A stretch of DNA of 63,358 nt, filler included, from Octopus bimaculoides (lineage: Eukaryota): assembly GCF_001194135.2 (NCBI RefSeq). It is 5 parts of 4 records of this genome, joined end to end, with 100 filler letters (N's around TTAATTAATTAA, not from the genome) between each part and the next. Parts side by side here need not be neighbours in the genome. Positions count along the whole stretch, not along the records: positions 38,457 to 54,493 come from NC_068982.1; 4 more parts are not named here. One strand, written 5' to 3'. Under the pieces are notes generated by a model. The model ran no database searches. It saw nothing but the letters and a program-made list of their open reading frames with translations, and had not been told where the DNA came from. Shown here one piece after another: positions 38,774 to 50,269 of the stretch. Position 1 is the stretch's first letter, and each line of letters opens with the position of its first letter. A program made the position numbers and the translations under genes.

Positions 38774-39085
38774 TGTTGTGAGAATGCAATGAACTGTGTG
38801 TATGCATGTTTATGTTGTTTGCGTATGCGTGTTTATACGAAAATATACATGCTGTTCATGAATGTATTTTTTATACGTAACTATTTTGGCTAGCTTTTCA
38901 TTACCAAACTGCATCATGTCGTTGTCGTTAGCTTATTCTCAACTCGCTGGTGAAAATTATTATTTGTCTACCGTATCTGTCAAAGAAGTTGAATAAAGCT
39001 TTATTTCCAATACGGCAATTCTGTTCTCCTTACAGACGCTCGTCAGTCTGAAATTGTCCGTTCTGTACTCTGGTATTTACATTTC
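38774..39085 (+). mobile_element. Candidate 5' LTR of the Gypsy element
   Basis: Starts TGTTG, contains AATAAA near 38992, and lies directly upstream of the gag ATG. No second LTR is visible to confirm it. Confidence 0.4.
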
Positions 39086-39108
39086 AATTTATTCAACTTC
39101 TTTCAAAC

Positions 39109-40350
39109 ATGGATCGATTTCTACATTCAGAATGATTTGACGCAGATCCTAATTCGACAAATGCAGCCAAACAATGGAATCACTTGTACAGGACCTTCAT
39201 CAACTTTATTAATACTTTAGAACAGCATCAACCAGATAAAATGAACGCATTTATCAACTATATTGCTCCATCTGTGTACGAATATGTAGCTGATTGCCAT
39301 ACGAATATTACAGAATCTCTACGTGAAGCCCAGGAATGAAATTTTTGCAAGACATCTACTGGCTACACATAAATAAGAATGCAGTCAAAGTCTCGATGAA
39401 TTTTTGCAAAAACTCAAATCATTAACCAAGGATTGTAATTTTCAGTCAGCTTCCGCTGAGAAGTATAGAGACGAATCTATCGAAGATGCTTTCATCACCG
39501 GATTGCAGTCTAATGATATTCGACAAAGGCTTCTCGAAAAGAAAATACTTGATCTTCAAACAACTTATGATGAAGCCAGATCACTTGAAATGGCTTGTTC
39601 CTACACAAAATCTTACCATTTATCACCTCAATCAGCCTACAATTCTACAGCAACGGATAATCTCACCACGGATGTGGGCGAAACTATGGTAGTCGCCACG
39701 AACGATAACAGTAAATGTTATTTATGCGGGAATAACCGTCATCTTCGCTACAAGAGTCCTGCTAAGGAGGCCACATGTAAAGTCTGTGGCAACAAGGGTC
39801 ATTTCTTCAAAGTATGCCAGTCAAAAAACAAATATGTTACTTCTTCACTGTGTTCTGGACAGAATCTCGCAACCACCTCCTCTGCACTGCAGCTTACATC
39901 TCTATTAACCGCTTCTGCTCCACAGTGTCTGACTAATACTGTCATCAAAGTAGATGTCAACGGAGTAACACTTTCAGCTTTAATTGATACCAGAAGTTCT
40001 CAAATGTCGTTCATTATAAGAAGTGGCAGGTTTTCAGATCGACGAAAGTAATAAACATGGTCGCAACTAAGGTCATTGCAAGGTTACGATGAACTTGGGA
40101 GGAAAACATTATAGCAGTGTGCACCTGTCACTACTATCGGACCTGTGTGCGGATGTCTTGTTGGGCCATGATTTTCTCAAGCAATATGAAGGAGTCCATA
40201 TCTCATTTCCAGGTAAAAGAACCCTTTTGTCACTCTGTGGCCTCACTCCTGTAAGTATAGAAGCACCGCCCTTGTTCTCAACCATTGCAACAGACTGTAA
40301 ACCAATTGCAACTAAGTCTCGTCGTTATGCAAAAATGGATGAACAGTTTA
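39109..40350 (+). mobile_element. Degenerate Ty3/Gypsy LTR retrotransposon gag-protease, truncated before RT
   Basis: Begins MDRFLHSE*FDADPNSTNAAKQWNHLYRTF. Includes DAFITGLQSNDIRQRLLEKK, twin zinc knuckles CYLCGNNRH and CKVCGNKGHFFKVC, a protease motif ALIDTRSS (DTG mutated), DVLLGHDFLKQ and DCKPIATKSRRY. Frameshifted. Interrupted at about 40350 by a different repeat. Confidence 0.9.
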
Positions 40351-40560
40351 TAAGTCCTGCCCTAACTCATCGAAACGCTTAGTGGAAGCTGATGAAGGAA
40401 ATGTTCTCTATGTGGCCTGTATTTTCTGTACTCTGTTTATCATTTTGTCCACGTTTTTTTGCAACGTCCTGTACCCAGATATGCACCTATATATACATGT
40501 AGATGTAGGTATGTACATACATGTACATATATATGCATATACTCATTTGTTATTTGTATT
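40350..40560 (+). repeat. Second copy of the 54225-54493 repeat family, inserted at the Gypsy breakpoint
   Basis: GTCCTGCCCTAACTCATCGAAACGCTTAGTGGAAGCTGATGAAGGAAATGTTCTCTATGTGGCCTG..GTACCCAGATATG aligns by eye to the reverse complement of 54230-54445. Confidence 0.75.
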
Positions 40561-41714
40561 ACATGATCGAATGCATGCGTCATCCCTGCAAGTAAGTTTT
40601 GAACTTTATGTTTCTGACGCGACTCTATCTTCGTATCTTTCTCCCCCTCTCGTTCTTCCTTCTGTTACTACTATATCTCTCTCTTCCTCCCTGTCTCTCG
40701 TTGCTCACCAATATTCTACTTCCTCCCCTTTTTCTCCCTCTGCCACTCTTTCTTCTTACCTCTCGCTGGTCACATGTGTTCAGCCATTACTTCCTTTCTT
40801 ATCTTGGCTATCGCCAAGCACGCACACGAACATTCTTCGTCCCGCTTCCTTCCAGTTCGTTGCTTCACAGCGTTCAGTATACACATNNNNNNNNNNNNNN
40901 NNNNNNNNNNNNNNNNNNNNNNNNNNNNNNNNNNNNNNNNNNNNNNNNNNNNNNNNNNNNNNNNNNNNNNNNNNNNNNNNNNNNNNNNNNNNNNNNNNNN
41001 NNNNNNNNNNNNNNNNNNNNNNNNNNNNNNNNNNNNNNNNNNNNNNNNNNNNNNNNNNNNNNNNNNNNNNNNNNNNNNNNNNNNNNNNNNNNNNNNNNNN
41101 NNNNNNNNNNNNNNNNNNNNNNNNNNNNNNNNNNNNNNNNNNNNNNNNNNNNNNNNNNNNNNNNNNNNNNNNNNNNNNNNNNNNNNNNNNNNNNNNNNNN
41201 NNNNNNNNNNNNNNNNNNNNNNNNNNNNNNNNNNNNNNNNNNNNNNNNNNNNNNNNNNNNNNNNNNNNNNNNNNNNNNNNNNNNNNNNNNNNNNNNNNNN
41301 NNNNNNNNNNNNNNNNNATACACTAGCAGAGATACCCCGCGCTTCTTGGGATTAAAATGGTATAGTTTGTTTATATATATATTACAGTTATGTTGAAACA
41401 GGTGATACGGGAAAATGCAGCATTGACGACAAAACATTTGTAGAGTAAAAGATGGTCTAATTCGACTAATTGACATGTAATACATCCGTTTGGAGGATTC
41501 CATGCCCTAACCTAGCGTGGAAAACTGGGGTGGAGGGGTGTATTTTTTGAACCCACCGAAAAGCTGTCAGTTAATATACTCGCCTTTGAAGCGGTCAGCG
41601 CTCCGTGTAACACGACCCATCGCATGGTTAACAGTCAAATGAATGGAGGTGTAATGGAGATATTGTACGTAAATGGGTACGTTCTGGAAATGGGCTGTAA
41701 TGGGAGATGGTGAC

Positions 41715-42035
41715 GGGGAATTGAACTGTCGAAAGAGGTTGAGGAGGAGCTGGTAGTGCTGGCAATCTTACCTTATCGCCTGAGCAGCACATGCCACTAG
41801 TTTCATTTGGAAATTTGAAAGCTTTGCAGAAACGACAATTTGAGAGTAGCACACCAATTTGTACAGAATTATCGTTTTTATAAGGCTGGGATGGATCATA
41901 TCTGAAAGCAGCTCCTGGTGTTGTAAAGAACGAATTTGCCTGTGGTCTATTTCTGAGAGCTATATTGTATTGGACATCTGTTTAATATAGCGTGCTAAAC
42001 GTTGTTCTAATGACTCGGCATTAAGTATTGCAGCA
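41715..42035 (-). mobile_element. Helitron Rep/Hel N-terminal zinc-binding fragment
   Basis: Minus strand reads AESLEQRLAR.. and GAAFRYDPSQPYKNDNSVQIGVLLSNCRFCKAFKFPNETSGMCCSGDKVRLPALPAPPQPL. This matches the Helitron motif AF.YDP...IG.M...C..C.A.KF..E..G.CC..GKV.LP.L..PP.PL. Confidence 0.82.
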
Positions 42036-42460
42036 TGCCTTNNNNNNNNNNNNNNNNNNNNNNNNNNNNNNNNNNNNNNNNNNNNNNNNNNNNNNNNNNN
42101 NNNNNNNNNNNNNNNNNNNNNNNNNNNNNNNNNNNNNNNNNNNNNNNNNNNNNNNNNNNNNNNNNNNNNNNNNNNNNNNNNNNNNNNNNNNNNNNNNNNN
42201 NNNNNNNNNNNNNNNNNNNNNNNNNNNNNNNNNNNNNNNNNNNNNNNNNNNNNNNNNNNNNNNNNNNNNNNNNNNNNNNNNNNNNNNNNNNNNNNNNNNN
42301 NNNNNNNNNNNNNNNNNNNNNNNNNNNNNNNNNNNNNNNNNNNNNNNNNNNNNNNNNNNNNNNNNNNNNNNNNNNNNNNNNNNNNNNNNNNNNNNNNNNN
42401 NNNNNNNNNNNNNNNNNNNNNNNNNNNNNNNNNNNNNNNNNNNNNNNNNNNNNNNNNNNT

Positions 42461-42662
42461 TAAAGGTAAAAAAAAAGATCAATAAATACTTGCCATTACA
42501 TTTTTAATCAACCAAATATGAACCATTTTGTTACACAATGCATCTCCATCTCTCCTTTAACTTGAAAATAACCTCTTCCCAGAATTGAGGTGGTTTCATG
42601 GCAAGTAAGTCGAAAGGTAAGCTACTATAAATCGGCTCGAACTTTCCGGACAACTCAATACA
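42461..42662 (-). mobile_element. Internally deleted (non-autonomous) mariner element
   Basis: A mariner-type TIR, TATTGAGTTGTCCGGAAAGTTCGAGCCGATTT (minus strand, near 42660), is joined directly to the transposase C-terminus FDLLAMKPPQFWEEVIFKLKERWRCIV*QNGSYLVD*. The other TIR would fall in the N gap. Confidence 0.75.
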
Positions 42663-44146
42663 TTAATCTCTATTTTTGTAAGCAGTTGTATGTATATAGC
42701 ATGTCCGTATTTTCATATGCAGTGTAAATTAACTAAATATAAGCAAATGAACGAAATAGCACATGTATGGAACTGCTAATTTAACGGTAAATACTACAAT
42801 AATTATTACAGTGAGACAAAGAATTTTATATTTTACCTTGCTGCGATAATTATTAACTCGTAATAGAACAGTAAATGTGTATTGTTTTAATGGAAATGAA
42901 AATAAAATTTCGTTTTGACACTGGCCAGACAGTACTTCACGCATGTCTGTTGTCGACTGAGTATTGTTGTTGGCACTCCATGAGACAACTGGGGTTTGTG
43001 GTAAACTAAAATAATTACGTTCACTTTAACATTTTAACTTGTAATCCCTTTAAAGGAAGTCTGCTTTTGGATGATTCGAACCTAGCACAAATAGTACAGT
43101 GTATTTAGGTCTTAAAGCAGAAATGTTTCAATACAAAATCTCGACACTAAAGATTAAAATGGGAGCTACCTGACGTTAGATCCTTGTTGAATCCTGTACG
43201 AAATTTGAACAGTTATAATCAACAATTTGTTCACACATAGGTTTGTTGTTGCTTAGCAGACTGTATCTTTATTTAAACAAATAGTAACATCGACTTGCTT
43301 ATCTTTTATAAGATGATGCAGAGCGTATAGAAATCAAGAGTTTGTTTCCTGTGATCAGCATTGTCCAGTATTATTCACTACAACACTTCAGTCCACAGAG
43401 GTCAAGAGTTCATGTTCTGTCACCAGCATTGTCAGGCCTGTGGTTTACACAACACTTCACTTTTGAACAATCCAGTCCACAAAGCAGTGAATACGTTAGT
43501 GACAATATAAAGTAACATATAAAGTTCATGGTCAGCCCAGCCATGACCATTCCACCTTTTCAGACATTGAGTATTGAGAGCGGTTGATTTAAGTCAGATC
43601 TGATTGCTATCCATAGCAAGTCGAACTGCAGAATTGATTTCAACAATTCTAGTTGATATACATTGGATGAGTTAGACTCTACCAGGCCAAGTTATACAAG
43701 ACAATTCATAAAGGCACAATCTCCAATGGTACCCCTACACACTGCGATACGGAGGGTTATATTACATCGCAAGATAAACAGTTAGTCCCACGATCTGTGG
43801 ATCTGTAGTCAATATGTCTCTTTATCTCATCCCTCTGTAGTCAATATGAAACGCAGTGGAAATATGAACTAAAGAAATTTGTGTCATGGCTCTAATAACT
43901 TCCCAAAAAAACACTGTTCCATAAGGAGTATACCGCGGACATATAAATGTAGAGAATACATAAAGAGTGATAGATAAACATAGATAGATTGATTGATAAG
44001 CACGCAAAGACATAAACATTTACACAATTATATGTAATATACATATATATATGTATTCACTTACATAAGCACACACGCAAACATATATATACAAACACAT
44101 ACGCGTATATACACATACATACTCATACACATCTATATTCATATGG

Positions 44147-44177
<31 letters not shown>

Positions 44178-44656
44178 NNNNNNNNNNNNNNNNNNNNNNN
44201 NNNNNNNNNNNNNNNNNNNNNNNNNNNNNNNNNNNNNNNNNNNNNNNNNNNNNNNNNNNNNNNNNNNNNNNNNNNNNNNNNNNNNNNNNNNNNNNNNNNN
44301 NNNNNNNNNNNNNNNNNNNNNNNNNNNNNNNNNNNNNNNNNNNNNNNNNNNNNNNNNNNNNNNNNNNNNNNNNNNNNNNNNNNNNNNNNNNNNNNNNNNN
44401 NNNNNNNNNNNNNNNNNNNNNNNNNNNNNNNNNNNTATTAATATTTCTAAGTCTCTCTAAAGGAGACTACGGCAGCGGTACTGGAAATTAATAGTTATCG
44501 CCAAGCCAACATGGCAGTCCCAAAATTAGGACGAAAGCTGCCGTGAATTAGCTCCAAGAAGCCATCGCCTCTAGCTAGCTATGTGACACACGAAACCTGT
44601 GTCCTTTATAACCTTCGAACAGGGGAGGTCAGCAGTGTCCCCCTGCTGGTTTGGCA

Positions 44657-44698
44657 TCTGCAGACTAGTTTCAGGGTGTTGCCCCTTGTCAATGCAGA
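44657..44698 (-). ncRNA. Minimal type I hammerhead ribozyme motif, U3-A8 core variant
   Basis: Minus strand: UCUGCA UUGACAA GGGG-CAACA-CCCU GAA ACUAGU C UGCAGA. Perfect 6-bp stem I, 4-bp stem II, palindromic ACUAGU stem III, GUC cleavage site. Confidence 0.72.
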
Positions 44699-44743
44699 GC
44701 AGCCATGCCTTAGCCATATATATATATATATATATATATACGT

Positions 44744-45163
44744 TATTTTTATATAAGCTCAAAGCGATTACCGTGCAATGACTAAGAAAAATAGTCTAAT
44801 AAAGGGACATTATAAGCCCTCGACAGAAAAAAGAAGGCTTTCCTATCCGCGTCGGAGTCGATCTCACACCCCTTTGTTAACACGAGTGTGTTACCTTTAA
44901 ACCAGCAAATCAGCCTGTCCCTTTCTCTCAAATTTAAGAACTATATATAGTTCGTATTTGTTTATGACAGAAAGAGGGCGGCTGATTCGCGGGTGTAAAG
45001 GTAACACACCTGGTCGCGTTAACAAAGGGATGGGGGTTCGACTCCTACGCTGATAGGAAAGCCTTCTTTTTCTCTGTCGTGGGCTTATGTGCCCCTTTAT
45101 TAGACTATTTTCCTTAGTCATTGCATGGTGATCGCCATAAGCTTTAAGCTTATATAAAAAATA
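44744..45163. mobile_element. Palindromic MITE, about 420 bp with arms of about 185 bp
   Basis: The left arm TATTTTTATATAAGCT..GCAATGACTAAGAAAAATAGTCTAATAAAGGG..GAAGGCTTTCCTATC..GTGTGTTACCTTTA..AATCAGCC is the imperfect reverse complement of 44975-45163. Confidence 0.85.
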
Positions 45164-45987
45164 CCATTATTATTTACAGGATTGTAAATCACGGCGCCGT
45201 AATAAAAAAAAAAACCATTCGCCCCGAAAGCATGTGTGTGTGTGTGTNNNNNNNNNNNNNNNNNNNNNNNNNNNNNNNNNNNNNNNNNNNNNNNNNNNNN
45301 NNNNNNNNNNNNNNNNNNNNNNNNNNNNNNNNNNNNNNNNNNNNNNNNNNNNNNNNNNNNNNNNNNNNNNNNNNNNNNNNNNNNNNNNNNNNNNNNNNNN
45401 NNNNNNNNNNNNNNNNNNNNNNNNNNNNNNNNNNNNNNNNNNNNNNNNNNNNNNNNNNNNNNNNNNNNNNNNNNNNNNNNNNNNNNNNNNNNNNNNNNNN
45501 NNNNNNNNNNNNNNNNNNNNNNNNNNNNNNNNNNNNNNNNNNNNNNNNNNNNNNNNNNNNNNNNNNNNNNNNNNNNNNNNNNNNNNNNNNNNNNNNNNNN
45601 NNNNNNNNNNNNNNNNNNNNNNNNNNNNNNNNNNNNNNNNNNNNNNNNNNNNNNNNNNNNNNNNNNNNNNNNNNNNNNNNNNNNNNNNNNNNNNNNNNNN
45701 NNNNNNNNNNNNNNNNNNNNNNNNNNNNNNNNNNNNNNNNNNNNNNNNNNNNNNNNNNNNNNNNNNNNNNNNNNNNNNNNNNNNNNNNNNNNNNNNNNNN
45801 NNNNNNNNNNNNNNNNNNNNNNNNNNNNNNNNNNNNNNNNNNNNNNNNNNNNNNNNNNNNNNNNNNNNNNNNNNNNNNNNNNNNNNNNNNNNNNNNNNNN
45901 NNNNNNNNNNNNNNNNNNNNNNNNNNNNNNNNNNNNNNNNNNNNNNNNNNNNNNNNNNNNNNNNNNNNNNNNNNNNNNNNNNNGTGT

Positions 45988-46312
45988 AAGGTGAAAGGCG
46001 TAGTGATTAGGGTTTTCGGCTCACGATCATAAGGCCGTGAGTTCAATTCCCGGCGACGCATTGTGTGCTTCAGCAAGACACTTTATTTCACGTTTGCACT
46101 GTCCACTCAGCTCGCAAAAATGTGTAGTACCTGTAATTCAAAGGGCCGGCCTTGTCACACTCTGTGTTACACTGAATCTCCTTAAGAACTACGTTAAAGG
46201 AAAGACGTGTCTGTGGAGTGCTCAGCCACTTACACGCTAATTTCACGAGCAGGCTGTTCCATTGATCGGATCACTTGGATCCCTCGTCGTCGTAACCGAC
46301 AGAGTGCCAGTT
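45988..46312 (+). mobile_element. SINE with a different tRNA head but the family-B 3' body
   Basis: Head GTGAAAGGCGTAGTGATTAGGGTTTTCGGCTCACGATCATAAGGCCGTGAGTTCAATTCCCGG, then TGTGCTTCAGCAAGACACTTTA, then the shared body CCTGTAATTCAAAGGG..CCTTGTCACACTCTGTG..CGTAACCGACAGAGTGCCA. A head-only relative lies at 61340-61428. Confidence 0.82.
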
Positions 46313-46743
46313 TTTAAGTATTAATATACATAGTATATATTAGTAAAAAGGTATACCAACGTTGATTGTTATATTACTCGCTGTTACTACTCATAGTAAT
46401 ATCAGGAGTACTTTTCACAATTCACACCCTGCTTTTGTATTATGTGTTATTCTTCCTTTGTATATACATTCACACGTTCACACTCACACACACGTACGTT
46501 TTGTAACATACACACAGACATACATGTGTGTGTGTGTGTGTGTGTGTGTTACGTTTACGTGTGTGTGTCTTTGTGTCTATGTGTCTATGTCTGTGTGTGT
46601 GTATTATACGTGATGTTTATACATACCTTTATCGGCATCTGTCCTTCCCCTTCTCTCTTTTTCTCTCTCCTTGACTCTTCCTCTCTGTCTCTTTATCTCA
46701 TCCCTCTTGAAATTTGATGTATATTGCCACGCGTCCATACACA

Positions 46744-46778
<35 letters not shown>

Positions 46779-46945
46779 AAAGATACAAACAAAACGTATA
46801 CAAACAGGCATACACACAGGCATACACACAGGCATGTATATATATGTATGTATGTGTATGTATGTATGATATATGTATGTATGTATGTATGTGTGTATGT
46901 GTATGAGTGAGAATGCGTTTTTGTGTTTATACACAGAGATATAAT

Positions 46946-46990
<45 letters not shown>

Positions 46991-47450
46991 NNNNNNNNNN
47001 NNNNNNNNNNNNNNNNNNNNNNNNNNNNNNNNNNNNNNNNNNNNNNNNNNNNNNNNNNNNNNNNNNNNNNNNNNNNNNNNNNNNNNNNNNNNNNNNNNNN
47101 NNNNNNNNNNNNNNNNNNNNNNNNNNNNNNNNNNNNNNNNNNNNNNNNNNNNNNNNNNNNNNNNNNNNNNNNNNNNNNNNNNNNNNNNNNNNNNNNNNNN
47201 NNNNNNNNNNNNNNNNNNNNNNNNNNNNNNNNNNNNNNNNNNNNNNNNNNNNNNNNNNNNNNNNNNNNNNNNNNNNNNNNNNNNNNNNNNNNNNNNNNNN
47301 NNNNNNNNNNNNNNNNNNNNNNNNNNNNNNNNNNNNNNNNNNNNNNNNNNNNNNNNNNNNNNNNNNNNNNNNNNNNNNNNNNNNNNNNNNNNNNNNNNNN
47401 NNNNNNNNNNNNNNNNNNNNNNNNNNNNNNNNNNNNNNNNNNNNNNNNNN

Positions 47451-47490
<40 letters not shown>

Positions 47491-47674
47491 AAGAAAACAT
47501 AAAATGGAGATAATATTGATGAACGACAATTGATTTGCATCAATTATTATTTATTAATAGTTTACGAAAAGACTGCATCCTATACAGCAGCCGTTTTTGC
47601 TGCCAATGATGCTAAGAGAATATATATCATAGTTGGTAATAAAACTGATTTGAATCATGGAACATCATCAGAGT

Positions 47675-48030
47675 TGTTAGCACTCCGTCGCTTACGACGT
47701 CGAGGGTTCCAGTTGATCCGATCAACGAAACACCCTGCTCGTGAAATTAACGTGCAAGTGGCTGAGCACTCCACAGACACGTGTACCCTTAACGTAGTTC
47801 TCAGGGGAGATTCAGCGTAATACAGCGTGACAAGGCTGACCCTTTGAATTACATGCACAACAGAAACAGGAAGTAAGAGTACAACAGGGATCGCCACCAT
47901 CCCCTGCCGGAGCCTCGTGGAACTTTAGGTGTTTTCGCTCAATAAACACTCACAACGCCCTGTCTGGGAATCGAAACCTCGATCCTATGACCGCGAGTCC
48001 GCTGCCCTAACCACTGGGCCATTGCGCCTC
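47675..48030 (-). mobile_element. tRNA-derived SINE, family B, full length with 12-bp target-site duplication
   Basis: Head GGAGGCGCAATGGCCCAGTGGTTAGGGCAGCGGACTCGCGGTCATAGGATCGAGGTTTCGATTCCC carries A and B boxes. The direct repeat CATCATCAGAGT lies at 47663-47674 and 48031-48042. Confidence 0.92.
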
Positions 48031-49497
48031 CATCATCAGAGTAGAAAATAAATAAATAAAAAGAAGAGACAAGAAAAGAGGAAGGAAAGTTTGAATATGG
48101 TGAGTCATGTCATGTTACTTGGAGAGTCATTGGACGATAAGTAAATAACCAAAATTTGAAATAAAAGGGGTATTTGTTGGGATATTCCTATGTACGGAGG
48201 GGACATATGTTAGAAAAAAAATAGCTCTTTACGCAAATAGGATAGGTCAAAGGAGGAGTAAAATTGTTAGTAATAATAATTATGTTTATAGTACTAAGTA
48301 ATAGTATTTATCATTATAACTTGCTTATCGGTTTAATATAATTTTCCCCTTATCCCTAGTTGGTATTTCAGTCAATCCACCGCCAGATATAATTGGACGG
48401 TTAGTATTTAAAGACAAAAGACTGACTATTGATAAACCGTTATTCTCCAGGTTAAAATAAAGGAATGGCATATGCTATAAGGGGCCCAAAGCCGTTGAAG
48501 TCAAAATAAAAATAAAAATATAAAAGTATAAAAATATAAATTAAATAAAATAAGACTAATAAGATAATAAAAATTTAAAACATTTCCAGTTGGGCATTTA
48601 AGAATTTTGATGGTTAAAGGGAGATGGGGTCTAAAGCCATTTAAGTCAATAAAAATAAAAATAGAAATATGAAAATAGCAATAAAAATTTTCCAGTTGGA
48701 TATTTAGAAATATTGATGTTTAAGGGGAGATAATAAATGGATTAACAAGTTACCTGAAAGTAATACCAAGTTGGAAATTTATGCAGCCACCAATCAATCC
48801 CTTAATTAATCAGTCAATCCATTAAATCAGTGAACTAATTAATTAATCAAACAATTTATTGACTAAACAATCAATTAACCAGTCAGCCAACCGAACAGTT
48901 AAATAAGTTGCAATATATAGATCCATATTTAATAAATTAATAAGTGTAAGGTGATATACTTGCAAAAATATGTTTACAGATGCAAATTCCCACTAAAATA
49001 TACTTATACATACATACACAAATAAATACACACATACATATACATACGTATGCACATATATANNNNNNNNNNNNNNNNNNNNNNNNNNNNNNNNNNNNNN
49101 NNNNNNNNNNNNNNNNNNNNNNNNNNNNNNNNNNNNNNNNNNNNNNNNNNNNNNNNNNNNNNNNNNNNNNNNNNNNNNNNNNNNNNNNNNNNNNNNNNNN
49201 NNNNNNNNNNNNNNNNNNNNNNNNNNNNNNNNNNNNNNNNNNNNNNNNNNNNNNNNNNNNNNNNNNNNNNNNNNNNNNNNNNNNNNNNNNNNNNNNNNNN
49301 NNNNNNNNNNNNNNNNNNNNNNNNNNNNNNNNNNNNNNNNNNNNNNNNNNNNNNNNNNNNNNNNNNNNNNNNNNNNNNNNNNNNNNNNNNNNNNNNNNNN
49401 NNNNNNNNNNNNNNNNNNNNNNNNNNNNNNNNNNNNNNNNNNNNNNNNNNNNNNNNNNNNNNNNNNNNNNNNNNNNNNNNNNNNNNNNNNNNNNNNN

Positions 49498-49531
<34 letters not shown>

Positions 49532-50269
49532 TTCCATATTTGAGCATACACATACGCATGTATCCACAAGTGGTCTCCTATGCATGGATTAATGCACATA
49601 ATAGCACATAGTTAAGTGCAAATTGTAAAACAAAGAGCAGGCAAGTACATAACTGAATGAGGGTGAAAAGTTGATATTAAAATGTTAAATGATTATTGTG
49701 CTGTGTGTGGGAGGTAGTGCAATGAGTAAGTACACTAGGTGGGGGTCTGTATTTATTAAAAGTGGACAATTGCTGGATTAACAAAAAGGGGTCCAGAAAT
49801 ATATTAAAGTGAGACAATCAAACATTCAATATGAATAAAAAGTAAATTGTGTTACAAAACAAAGACAAATTCCTTCACTATTAAGGTGAAGGACCAATGG
49901 TACTATTAAGGGAGGTGTGCAGTAGGGGAATGGGTGGATACGTGCGCAGACTGTAGTAAAAAATTGTGCTTAGAATTAAGAGAACGGTCAATATGTAATT
50001 ATAAGAGGGTGAAGAGACTGTATTGAGAAGTAATATAATGAAGTTATATAATGAAATTGTTATGTGTTGGAGATGGGTTGTTTTTTTTAACTCGGACGGG
50101 TTTTGTGTAAGAATATTAATGCTGAATTACCTAAATGGGGCCTAAATAAGTTAATTTATTAAAAAAAACTGTAATTGAAAGGTAAATTATACTAACACTT
50201 AGAATCAAATTCTACTATTACTAAGGTGAAGATTCATGGGTACCATTAGTGGAGAAGATGCGTATGGAA

